A stretch of 64,000 nucleotides of DNA from Eledone cirrhosa. Its lineage: Eukaryota. Below the pieces are notes generated by a model. That model was given only the letters and a program-made list of their open reading frames with translations. It made no database searches and was not told the origin of the DNA. The stretch lies in NCBI GenBank assembly GCA_964016885.1, contig OZ024741.1:177010001-177074000 (forward strand), written 5' to 3'. Shown here piece by piece: positions 41,401 through 56,000 of this stretch (its first letter is position 1; each line of letters opens with the position of its first letter). The translations under genes were made by a program, and so were the position numbers.

Positions 41401-41563
41401 TACCGGTTTCGATGTATTAGTAAAATTCTTCTTAGCAAATGTTGAGTATTACAATTAAAAAGAATTAATAAGGATTAAAATCTAAAAATTAAAGATGCAA
41501 AATTAAGTGTTGAGGTAAGTTGCTCATCTTCCTTGTTGACACACACACACACATGCGCGCGCA

Positions 41564-41651
<88 letters not shown>

Positions 41652-41683
41652 TATAATTTTGTATCTTTAAGTTAAATGTGTGA

Positions 41684-41886
41684 GAAAAGAGTGAGAACCC
41701 CGACGGCTGAGCTACGGCCGTTTCGACAGCTAGATCTGAACTCAGTTTGGATCTAGCTTTCGAAACGGCGGGAGCTCACTCGTCGGGGTCCTGACTCTTT
41801 TCCTACTACCAACTCTAGTAACCTAAGTATGGTGTACTCTGGTGCGTTATGGTCCACTTGGTTCCTTACCACACTTTCTATGTTTG

Positions 41887-41888
<2 letters not shown>
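41684..41888 (+). mobile_element. Family D mini fold-back containing only the 3' half of an HHR
   Basis: Arms 41684-41740 and 41745-41801, then tail and (TA)n. Confidence 0.8.
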
Positions 41889-41982
<94 letters not shown>

Positions 41983-42000
41983 ATATATATATATATACAT

Positions 42001-42713
42001 ATGAAAAGAGTCAGAACCCCGACCGCAGAGCTCAACCCGTTTCAACAATCTATTTCTGGTCTAAATTACATTTTTAGCTGGTGTTGTGTTTTCAGCCAAA
42101 GCTATATAGATTTCACAAGGGTGTGGGCACTGAGGCTACATAAACTCGATGGGCTGCCTCAGGGGCGCAAGTTATTGCAAAGTTACCGTTATGAGATGAA
42201 GAGCAGGGTACTGAATTAGATCTATTTTATTAATTCCGGTTTTCTTGTTTTTTATAAATTCCCTACTTCCAGATTCCTGTATACTTCTATTTTCGCCATG
42301 CTTTTTAGCTATCCTACTTTATCCACAAACTTTAGAAATAGCTGTATAGAATTCCCTCTTAACGCTTGACTGGTTTCACCCACTCCCTCTTTGTTCTACA
42401 AGCAAGTTCAGCCACCCACCACCCCACTCATCACCATGAACGATTTAACTGTGTTTACAAAGAACTTCGAGCACTCCCTTTGATAACTACAACCTTCAGA
42501 AATGCCTGACTATCGCATGCCCATATATGGAATTGCCCCTTGAAGAGATCGGCTATGTCAACATCACGCTAAAAATGTAATTTAGTCCAGAAATAGCTGT
42601 CGAAACGGCTTGAGCCAAGCCGTCAGGGTTCTATTTCTTATTACCAACTCTACTACCCAAAGTATCGAGCACGTTGGTGCGTTATCGTCCACCTGGTTCC
42701 TTACGACACTTCC

Positions 42714-42717
<4 letters not shown>
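42001..42717 (+). mobile_element. Family D fold-back PLE-type element
   Basis: Arms ~42003-42078 and ~42568-42640; tail homologous to 41802-41888 and 24530-24612. Confidence 0.8.
42537..42628 (+). ncRNA. Type I hammerhead with full stem III and long stem II loop
   Basis: ccct / TGAAGA (C3 lost) / gatcggctat...atagctgtc / GAAA / cggctt-gagcc-aagccg / TC / aggg. Confidence 0.7.
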
Positions 42718-42765
<48 letters not shown>

Positions 42766-42767
42766 AT

Positions 42768-43764
42768 AACACTTATTAGCAAGACATACCCGTTCCAAAG
42801 ACCCTCATGTATAGATAAGAAATGTATAACCTGTAAAATAAGCCCCCATATTAACTGTAAAACTAGAAATGTAGTATATAGCATAAGATGTACTGAAGGA
42901 CAATGTAGAAACAAAAATGTAGTGTACATAGGTGAGACAGCTCGTAGTATAGGGGAACGAATAAATGAACACTGGCGAGACCTCCAAGATAGTAAAGAAT
43001 CATCTGTGCTCTACCAACATGCTAAGATAGAACACAGGGGTAAATTAGAGAGCATAGAAATAAAAATAGAATCCACACACAAGAAAGACGCAATGTTTAG
43101 GCAAATTACAGAGGCAGTAAGCATAAAAGAATTAAAACCAAAATTAAATAGAAAATATGAGTGGAACAGCAACATCACAACTTACAATTAAGGACAAAAT
43201 GAAAACACACACACACATAGAACAAACAACTTACAATTGAAAACACACACAAAATGAAAACACACACAAGACAAAATGAAAACACACACACACATAGAAC
43301 AAACAACCAACCAACAATAAATAAATAAATAAACAAACAAATAGAAAAATATAAATAGAAAAATAGAAAAATGAACACAAACACACACAGACACCCGGAT
43401 GTGGCGCATGCGCAAACTGAGCACGCAACCCACACACAAACAAAATGGCGTAGGATAGAAGAAAGGAAAGGCACAGAAACGAAGAAATAAATCCCCAGTC
43501 ACTGAAGAGGTCACAGAGTCTGTGACGAAAGAACTATGACTATATATATATAAACAACTATCTGGTTGTGGAACCAACCAACCAACCAGAAATTTATAAA
43601 TTTGTAAATTTGTAAATTTATAAATATTTAATAAATTAAATTGAAGTGAAAGCAACTGGTGCGTGTGTTTCTTATTGGCAACATGACCCTCCCAAAGTAT
43701 AACAATATCGGTTTCAACACACGATTTCAGATAAAGAATCTTGCTAAACAAATTCAGAAACGAA

Positions 43765-43765
<1 letters not shown>
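42768..43765 (+). mobile_element. PLE family A 3' fragment (GIY-YIG 42768-43191, pLTR, tail)
   Basis: CIDKKCITC..NCKTRNVVYSIRC..YIGETARSIGERINEH..EAVSIKELKPKLN. Confidence 0.93.
43497..43541 (+). ncRNA. Minimal type I hammerhead ribozyme, best-preserved family A copy
   Basis: agtca / CTGAAGA / g-gtcacag-agt-ctgtgac / GAAA / gaac / TA / tgact. Twin on the minus strand at 44029-44073. Confidence 0.8.
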
Positions 43766-43813
<48 letters not shown>

Positions 43814-43814
<1 letters not shown>

Positions 43815-45285
43815 TTCGTTTCTGAATTTGTTTGGCAAGATTCTTTATCTGAAATCGTGTGTTGAAACCGATATTGTTATACTTTGGGAGGGTCATGTTG
43901 CCAATAAGAAACACACGCACCAGTTGCTTTCACTTCAGTTTATTATATATTTATAAATTTACAAATTTATAAATTTATAAATTTCTGGTTGGTTGGTTGG
44001 TTCCACAACCAGATAGTTGTTTATATATAGTCCTAGTCCTTTCGTCACACACTCTGTTACCTCTTCAGTGACTTGGGATTCCTTTCTTTGTTTCTGTGCC
44101 TCTCCTTTGTTCTGTCCTACGCCATTTTGTTTCTGTGTGTGTGTTGTGTGCTCAGTTTGCGCATGCGCCACATCCGGGTATCTGTGTGTGTTTATGATCA
44201 TTTATCTATTTGTTTATTTATTTATTTATTTACATGTTATTGGTTGGTTGTTTGTTCTATGTGTGTGTGTGTTTTCATTTTGTCCTTAATTGTAAGTTGT
44301 GATGTTGCTGTTCCACTCATATTTTCTATTTAATTTTGGTTGTAATTCTTTTATGTTTATTGCCTCTGTAATTTGTCTAAACATTGCATCTTTTCTGTGT
44401 GTAGATTCTATTTTTATTTCTATGTTCTCTAATTTACCCTTGTGTTCTATCTTAGCATGTTGGTAGAGTACAGATGATTCTTTATTATCTTGAAGGTCTC
44501 GCGAGTGTTCATTTATCCGTTCCCCTATACTACGAGCTGTCTTACCTATGTACACTATATTTTTGTCTCTACATTGTCCTTCAGTACATCTTATGCTATA
44601 CACTACATTTCTAGTTTTACAGTTAATATGGGGGCTTATTTTACAGGTTATACATTTTTTATCTATACATGAGTGTCTTTGAAAAGGGTATGTCTTGCTA
44701 ATAAGTGTTTTTACGGAGGTACCTGGTCTTTCTACTATCTTAATATTGAGTTTATGTTTATTTAGGGCCCTTCTAAATGTGTAGGCTAGTTCGCCTCTAG
44801 GGGTTGTTTCGATGAACATTACACTCTGGTATTTATTGCTATCATACCATGAGTTTATTCTATTAGCCTTGTTCCTAGTTCTTTCTATTCTATTCCAAAA
44901 TTTGCTCCTATACAAGGGGTAGGTCCCATTTATGTCATTATTTACCATTTTTTCCCATTTGGTTCTGGCTCCTCTATACACTCTGATTCTATCTCTCTGA
45001 TTGTAGCCAGAGAACTGCATACGGTGGATGAAGTGTTGTATGTGTCTCTCTAGTTCTTCGGGGTTACACATGCGGGACACATTTCTCATCACCCGTACCA
45101 AATCCGCAATCAGTATGTTGATTTTGGTATGGTCCGAAAGGGCCGAGTTTCGGTGGATCGGATGTTTGGAAGTCATGGGTTTGGCATAATGGGAATGGAG
45201 TATTTGTTTTTGGTTGTTAATGGTATCTAAGTGAAAGCAACTGGTGCGAGTGTTTCTTATTGGCAACATGACCCTCCCAAAGTAT

Positions 45286-45290
<5 letters not shown>
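43814..45290 (-). mobile_element. PLE family A 3' fragment with 62-bp inverted cap
   Basis: Open frame 44286-45228 (RT thumb + GIY-YIG), pLTR and tail 43814-44285, inverted pLTR end 45229-45290. Confidence 0.93.
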
Positions 45291-45340
<50 letters not shown>

Positions 45341-45347
<7 letters not shown>

Positions 45348-45753
45348 AGATCAAAAGATGGTTAAAAGAGCTCCATGTATTTTATTATGCGCCTTTCAAA
45401 AACAAATATCATCATGGGGTGATATTTGCGTTCTCATCAGATAACATAGGGAGACATGATATGAAGCTTAAACAACAGTTGCGAGAAGTGTTAAATCTAC
45501 ATATGTAGATTTAACAATTCACTGCTCGCAACTGTTGTTTAAGCTTCATATCATGTCTCCCTATTTTATCTGATGAGAACGCAAATATCATCCCATGATG
45601 ATATTTGTTTTTGAAATGCGCATAAGAAAATACATGGAACTCTTTTAACCATCTTTTGATCTTATATTATTAATACACCAGTCCTATAAACTGTTGAGTG
45701 CTACTTATCCGATATTTGCATTGCTTTACTGTGCTACAATAAAAATCCCCTCC

Positions 45754-45755
<2 letters not shown>
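45341..45755 (+). mobile_element. ORF-less palindromic PLE-type unit with an HHR in each arm
   Basis: Arms 45341-45502 and 45503-45669 with no spacer; tail 45670-45755; (TA)n on both sides. Confidence 0.85.
45564..45630 (+). ncRNA. Type I hammerhead with extended stem II and palindromic stem III
   Basis: ttttat / CTGATGA / gaac-gcaaatatcatc...gatgatatttgt / GAAA / tgcgca / TA / agaaaa (ataaaa in the two sibling copies). Confidence 0.75.
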
Positions 45756-45846
<91 letters not shown>

Positions 45847-45848
45847 AA

Positions 45849-45930
<82 letters not shown>

Positions 45931-48930
45931 GTGTTCCGAAGATAATATTTTGGTAAAAACAGGAGCAAGCAGGAGAAATCTCTCAACATTCTTAGTTTTT
46001 TAGTTACGATGGAGAATTATAAAAATAATAATGATGATGTTACATAAATCGTTTAAACATTAGAATGATTCCCACGAGAAATCCATCATGCATTTGTTGT
46101 TGTTACGAGAACGTTACCCACAGATGAAAAAAACGATTTAATAATATGCTGCCGGCAGGAAAAAACACACGTCCTACTGCTTATTATTTTGTTATATATA
46201 TATATAATTGAATGCCCGATGCATACCCGGAAGTCACCACAGTTAAAATGGATACTCAATACTTTAACAGTGTATATGTATATTTATTTTATTTTAGAAA
46301 TGTTTCTATAGGATTAGAACTGTTTCATTGATAAGAAATTAGAGAAGTCCTTGTATGTATAAATGTCAAAGTTGGCTTCGGCGGAATTTTTCAATGATAG
46401 TATAAGGATGCTTTGCTAAACATCGAAAGACGTTTTGTTTGACGCGCTGCTTTGAATTAAATAATGTACATTAAATATATCAACATATATTTTACTTACA
46501 ATATCTACTTTCCTGATTTTTACGAATAAAAAAGATCTAACGGACATTGTTTATAGACTAGTATAGACATTATTGTTAGGAAGAGCTCCCATGAGACCTT
46601 TAACGAAGAAGTGTTCAGACAATGTAAATAGAAGTGAGTATTGAATATACATTATAGGATTTTGAAATCGTTTGTGAGAGTGTGTTAAACAGGAAATATT
46701 CATAAGTGATCATCATTTAGTTACAGAGTTGGATAGTATTAGTTATAGGCAGCGAAATAGCAAAGACATTAGGATGCCGAATTGCGGTCAATAAATAAAC
46801 TAATCTAGTTGTGAGGTCATGTATTCCTCAATTCTTCTATACTATTCTGTCTCTCACTTCTCTGGAAGATACAGGCTTTGTATAGCACTAAAGAGGAAGT
46901 AATGGTCTACACCAGATTAAAAAGTACCCAACATCGTCACATGTCACTTCGGTGCAACTACTAGACAGCAAGTGCTTGCAAGTCTAAAGAAAGAAGGATA
47001 GCTCTTGCAGTTTTGCTATATTGGACAAACTTTACGTTGAAAATGTGTTATTAAAGACGCCATAGATTTGATCACCACCAACATTTATATCTATGTATCC
47101 ACGACTAGATTATACAAGGTATTCTTTTTTAGATATTCAAAATAAGAGTATGGGTTTCGAGGGAAACCCCGATTATATTTCTAGTAGATTTATTGTTTTC
47201 TCAGATGCTGCCGTTGCTTTCAGATTTGCCCTAGAACAGGAAAGTGACCTTTGTAACACCCCCACGTAAAGTACTAATGAAATGAAATCTATATGGTTGA
47301 CATTTTATATTTAAAACTTTGTAGGTCAAGAGAATATTAAAATGCTATGCATATTTGCACAATACTGAACACAGTAACTACGTTAAATATATGATGTTTC
47401 TATTTTTTATTGCTTTGGACTCATGATTATAAGGTCAGGATTATGTAATTCGTGACCGGGTGGCATGATGTGACATTGAACAAGCACTTTATTTCATGTT
47501 AATTAAGGTCCACTCAGGTGGGGAAAGGAATTCTGACGAAGCTGAGGCAAAACTAAATTGGTATTTCCTTTTCCCTTAGACAACATCAGTGTCCTGCATG
47601 CATAAACGCCTGCTGGTCCTCCATAAAATACTCTGTCCGGGATTGTGCATCAGAGTAGTAAAATCATATTTAGTCTGACATGGATGTAAAATCCATTACC
47701 AATCATGAGCGAAGGGATCTCTTTGTTTTATGCGAAACCTGTCATTGCAAGCCCTCCTGGAAGAACAGCTGAAACAATAATTATCTTAAAGTGGCACAGG
47801 TCGACGGCTATGTGAAAAAGGAACATATGTGATGATGTAATTCTAGATACAGAAGTCTAGTGTCTTTGGGTCTCTGAGAGAAAGAGTTATTTCGAATTAA
47901 AATGAAATGGCGTTATGTGGATGTTGTAAAAAGGTGAAAAGAGTTGATTTGATGATGTAAGGTTTCAGTTGCAGATGTTAAATTGACTCTTATAAAATTA
48001 TTAAATTATTATTACGTCGTCAGTCACAACTTCGTGCGATTACGCAGCATGTAGGATACATTCGCTTAGAGGTGCAGGTGTCCTTGTGGTTGCGTGCAGA
48101 CAGAGACACTCTCACAATCCTAACTTTCATTGATGCAGAGATGCATTTGACATCTGGAAGGAGAAATGTTGAACTTCTACTGGACTTGTACTTTATCGGC
48201 TCAAATAAGATGAAACGCAGAGTTGACATTTGAAGGCTGAGAGTCGGATCACATATTCAACAACCGAATGCCCTTCTAAAAGAACAATAAGAGAAATATT
48301 CTTCAATTTCTTCAAATTGGGAGAAAACTAAAATAATCCAACTAAGAATTGAAACTTTATATGAAACAGATTTGCAATCAAGAAAACAATTTCCAAAACT
48401 AAGGGAAAGTATACTATCGTAAAAATCATATATATAACTATTGTTGAAAAACAAAACAAAAAAATGGCAGTCAAAGTTTATGTTGATTACAACAAGAATG
48501 CTTTTAGACAGAAACAGGCAAATTGAAAATAGTTTTCCGAAATATAGTATTACTGAAAATGCTATTGCTTACTCTAAATATAATTAAAATGTATAGAATA
48601 TATTTTGTCTGAAAATATTGCCTGCAATACCATAATTTACAACACCCGAGATAGAAGTAACAAATTGCAAAAAGTTTACTTTGTTATCTTCTCATTTTAC
48701 TCAGGAATAAACTGGCATGGTATTTTACAACATGTATATATTCGATTATCATTTTACTGATTTTCGCCATTAGACAGCGGCTATACTGGGGCACAGCCGG
48801 TAATTGTGTAGTCTCAATATCGATCCAAGTATCCATTTTTCAAATCCGGTAATTATTTTGTCGATCTCAATTCCTGGGACCATTAAGTTCCATCACACAT
48901 GCACACACACACACAGACCCACCCACACAG

Positions 48931-48964
<34 letters not shown>

Positions 48965-48976
48965 ACATACCCACGC

Positions 48977-49117
<141 letters not shown>

Positions 49118-49595
49118 CATATATAGCATTATATATAGAACATTATATTAACGGTTGCCTTATTTATGTTTCTAATCACGCTTTATCATCTTATCGGTTA
49201 GATACGTTGAGCCGGCGACCTCGATATATTTCACTGCTGTCTGCAGCTAGCTGTGAAGACATCCAAACCAAACACGTCTCACCCTGTACATTTGTATTGA
49301 AATATTCCAGTCTGACGCTTCACCCATAGAGTGCATGAATCTCCTCGGCTGACCATCTGGTCATTTCAATTGACTGGGTGAAGCATAGATCGAGCAATGA
49401 AAAAGGGCTCTCACATCTTAAAGTCTAATTAAACACTATAATAACTACATTTTATTCTTGTGAAGCTTTACATTTTAAGTTTATCAACGTAATTTAGTTT
49501 AATCCTCAATGCTTTGATGCTTTCCTATGTGCCGGTTCCGCGATACGGTTTTGTATGTTGTTATGTATGGGCTGAGAATTGGCTTTCTTGATGTA

Positions 49596-50360
49596 TTATC
49601 GTGATGTGTTCTGACGTGTGTTTGGTTGTGATGTTGTTATGGGTTTGTGTTTTATATTTGGTGTTATAGTGCTTGTTTTCAGGCGATTTGTATTAGATAT
49701 TCTTTTATAGTTAATTTTATGTATGTGCGATTCTATGTTGGTGGCAGTAGAGTAAGATAGTTTGATAGTATTTCTATTAAAGATTGTATGGTATTTGTGA
49801 AGTATAGGGAAGTGCTTGTCAATTAATTTAAAGAAAGTATAAGGTAGTGTGGTTTTTATATAGGAGTTAAATATTGGATTGAACCATAAGTATTTTCTAT
49901 CTCTGCATCTTCTATAGTTTCTAGTACTCCTTATATTAGTATTCGGTTCAATTATTTCTGGTGCTTGTTGCCAATTTCTATGTTTAGTCCTAGATTTGTT
50001 GTTTCTATAGGTGTGGATAGTGTTATTTCTGTTAAGTGTGCTGTTATTGTTTGTATCTGGTATGTATTTGTGTCTCTCTCTATGGCATGCCTTACGTAAA
50101 GCTATGTTGTAGTAGTTAGCGTGTTCGTTAAAAATCTCTAGATTAGAAGATAAGCGTGAAATTCTAAGGGATATACTGTTTGCTATGGATCTAATTATGG
50201 AACGAGGGTGATTTGAGTTATAATTAATGTAAACTAGATGTTCGTTACTTTTATGGAAAGGTTCTATTATTCGTGTGTTTAGGTTAAGTGACACATCTAA
50301 GAAGTTAGCTTTTTTAGAGTTGAGTTCAAAAGAGATGTTTAGGCCTAATTTATTGAAGAA
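49596..50360 (-). pseudogene. PLE reverse transcriptase thumb/linker fragment (a different family)
   Basis: NFLDVSLNL..YINYNSNHP..RISRLSSN..WFNP..LIDKHFP..IFNRNTIKLSYS. Confidence 0.85.
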
Positions 50361-50443
50361 TGTTCTATTCGTTTTACGTAATCTTTCCAAGTTTTGATTA
50401 TTTGACTCCAATTTCATTTTCGATTTCATCTTTGTTCCTTATA

Positions 50444-50513
<70 letters not shown>

Positions 50514-50574
50514 GAGGGAGAGAGAGAGAGGGAGAGAGAGAGAGGGAGAGAGAGAGAGGGAGAGAGAGAGAAAA

Positions 50575-50618
<44 letters not shown>

Positions 50619-50636
50619 CGAGAGAGAGAGAGATAG

Positions 50637-50673
<37 letters not shown>

Positions 50674-51974
50674 TTTACATAAACATATGTGTGGCTGTAT
50701 GCTTGTGCAAGTATGAATTTGCCTCGCTACAATTCTGTGTGCACGTCAAGTCAGACATCATCTATAGTGAAATATCACTTTAATAAAATATACATTCATT
50801 AAAATATACATTTTTTGGCATAAATATTTTCCGTGATTAATTGTTATTTGTTCATTCGAGTAGATGGGATTAATAATTTAGCTTTATGTCAAAATTGTAA
50901 TTCTTTCAATACAATTATCAATCACTGAAAGCAACACACCTAATTCAACAAGAAACTATGACTTAGTCAGATTCAACTAAAACCGATCTAAATCACGTAG
51001 GAACATGTAAGCGTCACCCTCTTATGTATAGCTTTTACCTCAATAAGTTCCCCCGCCACAACACTATGAACGCATGCAGAAAAACATACACAATGATCGG
51101 ATTACACTGGGTCTGACAATACGAGGAATTAGCAAAGAGGCAAATCATTTTCTCTGCTTTAACAAAATTAATATTTTTTTTTTGTCCGTTGTGAATACTA
51201 TAATATCTACTAAAGAAAACTGCGAAATATGTCGATAAACTCTTCCTCCTACACAATAAGTTAATGTTTATCATTATGCACAATATGCTTTCCACTTGAC
51301 AAATATATATATTGTGGCCTCTATGGAGTGTTAGTAGTTATTACATTGATTCCTCACATTCCACTGGTCTGCTCTGGTCTGTTGTTAAATACTGACATTC
51401 ACAATGACTGTACTTTTTCTTTAAGTTGCTAACATAGCAGATTGCGACATGCTATATTTACTTTATACAGTCTGATTTATGTTAAATAACTGTACATGTG
51501 ATTCATATATGGAAATCATAGTGTCAGACAGAATTCTACTTAAATCATAGTATCGATCGATTTTATTCATGTACTTATAAAATGTGATTTAAAAACTTTC
51601 AGATTTAAAAAAATTCAAAACACTTCCTAAATTTCATTTGGTTTAGTTACTGGGTTCTCTGCAATAATCAACAATTTGTATTGCGGATCAATGTAAATAT
51701 CTATAATATATATTAAAATCTGAGAATCTTCCAATATACAATCTTGGAAATACTAAACTCTATTTTATATTTTACCTCGGATAAATATTTGACCATCCCT
51801 ACCTCCCATTTTCAAATACCAAATCGGTTACAAGCAATAATATATCATATTTCCCATTAATACAATATAAGTCCTGTGTATCTTATTCCATCAAAATCGG
51901 TTTCCTATTTATTAGTATTTAGAGTTCTATTCTGTCCTTGGATAAGCTGAAAATCACATATATATGTATGTATG

Positions 51975-52062
<88 letters not shown>

Positions 52063-53009
52063 CATATATATGTATTTATGTATATATATATATATGGGGG
52101 TGTCATGCACAAACAGATAATATGAAGGAAATGATACGAAATGTTGAAAACTTCTGAGGTAATTAATTTCTATTGAAATATGTTTTATCAGAAACTTATT
52201 TAAATAAAACCACAAAAGGATAATTGTGAGTCTAGAACTTTGCTCCAAAGTTTATTTCAGGCTAATCAAAACAAAAATGTTTGATTAAATCTATGAGATG
52301 TGTTGTTAATGCGATTATAGTGTTTAGGAGTATAAAGTTTATCGTGAGAGATGAAACGTTATTGAATATTTATATCTACATTATATTTAGACCCGTTTGA
52401 TCTTCGAGCGTTATCATATGTCTCGTTCTTGTTTGTTTATAATTTATCAGACGGTACTCATTCTAGTAAGATCAATTTCTATATTAATCAAGACCTCCGA
52501 AGCAGGTGCAGTTAATGCTATATTGTGTTATACATATGTAAGATTTTAAAATTCATGTGTCTATAGAGGCAGCCATTTTGTGTTAACTTCACAGCTGGGT
52601 TTGCTGATTGGTGGATTATCAGAAGCAAGTGTCATAAGTATATTGCCTTTGATTTAGTGTTATTAATACAGATGTCATTCAATAATCATAATAATAATAA
52701 TAATAACAATAATAATAATGATTTCTTTATTGGACACAAGGGCTGACATCAAGAAAAAACATCACAGACGGAACAGGACGGTACGATGTGGGTTTTGTCC
52801 GTGTAAATATTTTTATTATTTATATAAGAAAAGAAAAAAGACATAAAACATATATATATATAAACAATAAAATGAAAATTGAAACAATGAAAATTTCTCC
52901 AATAGGGGGCAAACCTCCGAGGGTGACACGTGGCGAAAACCACACAAAAGACCACGGCCACCCTGACTACCAGGGCAAGCGCCCTCTCTCAATTTGTCCA
53001 TCTATCAAA

Positions 53010-56000
53010 CTACAGACGTATATTCAGAGTGGTCCCGTTCACTCGGACCATTCTCGCTACATTCACCCACCTTTCAACAAACTTGCTAGAAAGCAGCACT
53101 TGCCTCTCCACCCTGATTTTCCTCTTCAAGTGAAACTTGAAAAAGTTAATCAGGGATTCGCCGAAGAGGAAAGTGTTTGTCTTTAATCCTTTTAACCTTG
53201 TCCACCACACAATCTCTTTCGCCATGGCCACCAGGCAGATGAAAACCGCCTGCCCTTCCTCCTCAAAGGAAGACGGCGAGACCATCTGCACAATGGACTC
53301 AGTCGACAACCGGATCAGTCCCACACGTGACAGCAACTGTTTGACATAGCTCCACAAGTCAGCAATGCTCGGGCACTGAACGAGTGCGTGCACAACGGTT
53401 TCGTCGCTATGCGCGCATCTCGGACAGGCTCGGCTGACGGCACTTCCGTGCCTGTAGAGCTTATCTCGAACCGGCAGCGCTCCCCGGTAGCACTGCCAGG
53501 CCAGGGATTTTTGGAAGTTATCCATAGGCTCCGGGCTGAAAGTTTTCCGGAAGAGAGCAAGCAGCTGATCTTCTTCGACGCCCAGGATCTCTCCGAGAAC
53601 GTCGTCACTCTTCCCCTCCGCTAGTCCACTATAGAACGCCGAGGTGGATGTTCCACCGATACTGGTGCCCAACTGGTAGAGGACAGTGAGCGCCTGGAGA
53701 CATTCCAGTTTCCAAGCGCTATCCCTCGGTCTTTTTCTGACTGCAGCTCCGTCAAGGAGACGAGCTGTGGGAAAATGAGCCTGGCGAACGGCGACCACAC
53801 GCGTTCACCATCAAGGAAGCACCAGAGATTTCGCAGCCTCAGCGCATGCTTGCGCAACATCAGCCATGGCATGCCCAGTCCTCCACGCAACCGGTGTTGA
53901 CAGCAGATGGATCGTCTGACCATGGGAGCGCGTCCCTTCCACAAAAAGCGGAAGAGGAGGCGCTCCATTTTGGTGAGAGTTGGGCTGGAGCAAGGGACGA
54001 CGGTGAGGCGGTAGCAGATGACGGATGCGATGTACGCATTCGCCACTTCCGCCCGGCCTTTCAGGGACAGCTTCCTCTCAGCCCATTTCTGGGTGAGGGA
54101 GGCCACTCTGCTCGTCACCTCGTTCCAGTTTTTCTCCATCTGGAGGTCCGGTCCGAACCAGACCCCGAACAATTTAACCGATCCGTCCGTCCAACGCCCT
54201 ACGGCGCTGTCGGACGGCATGGACTTGCCTCTCCAGGTGCCTAGCTGCAAGCCCACCGACTTTTCCTGGTTTATCTTTGTTCCTGTCACCGTTTTGTATT
54301 CCTTGAGAGCGGTGCCGAGTATCTGGACGTTTCTGGTGCTCGACACCACCACGGTGACGTCGTCAGCGTAAGCCGACTCGGATTTCCCGCATCCTAGTTC
54401 GCGTGGGACGCCCCTCATCGCCCCCAGTTTGTGCAGTAACGGCTCGAGAGCCAATACGTACAAGAGGGACGAGAGGGGACAAACCTGGCGGACTGAGCGT
54501 ATGATGCTGAATGGCTGCGACAGGTGACCGTTCACCCTTACAACTGAGCAGATGTCGCTGTACATTGCTGCGATCCAACGCCTGAAAACGGGTCCGAAAC
54601 CGGCTGCCTCGACGACTGCCGCCAGGTACCGATGGTCGACCCTATCGAATGCTTTGGATTGATCCAAGTTGATCAGGGCCCCACCCTTGCCAGGTTCCTT
54701 AACCACCCTCTATATGATGTATCGCATGAGGTGGAGGTTTTCGTGTATGGATCTGTCCGGGATGGCGCATGTCTGCGCCTCTCCCACCAGACCCTTGACG
54801 ACAAGCAACACCTTGGCCAAAATCTTGAACTCTGCGTTTAGCAGAGTTATGGGCCTGAAATTATCAATAACATCCCCCTTGTTCGGGTCTTTTCTCAGCA
54901 GCGCCACTACTCCCCGGCTCACAAAACTGGGAATGCTCCCGTTCTGCTGCCAGTTGCAGTAGACGTCTGTCAAGAGGTCACCGAACAAGTCTGGCATAAA
55001 TGCGTAAAGCTCGTAGGGCAGACCTTCTAAACCTGGCGATTTACCTCTTGTGCAGTTAGCCATCGCTTCCCGTATTTCACCGGCTGTTATTGGCTTTTCG
55101 CAACACTGTGCTGCGGTCCTCGAGAGCCGAGGCAGTCCGTCGAGGTATGCACTGAAGTCCATGTCCCGATACGGGCCGCCGCCGCTCCCGAACAATTCAG
55201 CAAAGTGCTGCTGAAAAGTTTCACACATCCGCTCGGGTTCGAGCATCACGCACCCGTTTTGGTCAGACAAATACCGAATTGTGGCTTTATTGCCACGTCG
55301 CGCCTCTGCCACCCGGGCCCATTGGACGGCTTTTATCCCCTCATGTTTAAGAGCACGCGCTCTAGCTCTAACAACGCAGCCTTCGTGTTTTGCGTTGAAG
55401 AATTGGTCGAGTGCCAATCTCGCCGCAAGCACGTCGGTTGCGATGCCTGTCCTAAACGCCTTTTCTAGCTTTCTGACTAGCTCTCCCTCTACTCTATTTT
55501 CCTCTATCACTACTCCTTTGCTAAACCTAATCGACTCTACTTTAATTGCCCTTTTCAGGGCGAACCACCACCTGTTGTTGACGACCTCTCCCGTCAACGC
55601 CCGCTTAACTAATACGCTAATCCGGTCTATGTAGGCCTTGCGCGCCGGGAAAGAGGCGTTCAGCTTCCAGTAACCAGGCCCTTGTCTATGAAGTCTGTCT
55701 ATTTCGATCTCACAGATCACAAATTTGTGGTTTGTGTAGTCGACTATTTTAAATTGTGGACAGCTTATACTAGCCTTATCTAGTTCCCTGAAGAATACCC
55801 TATCTAGATACGATCTGGATGACCCGATGCGGTTTGTCCATGTCCATATTGGCACATTCGGGTGATCCAGTCGATACCTGTCAGACAGTTCAAAACGTCT
55901 GAGCAGGTTGGTGAGGCTCTTGTACCCTCCTCCCCTATCCACTAGCCCCACACGATCCCAGCGTGCATCCAAGATACCGTTCCAGTCGCCCACTAACACT

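Noticed and set aside
42610-43191. 193-aa ORF as a real fusion gene, and likewise the N-terminus of the 44286-45290 ORF
   Set aside because: These are chance read-throughs from an adjacent tail, TA repeat or inverted cap into the PLE frame.
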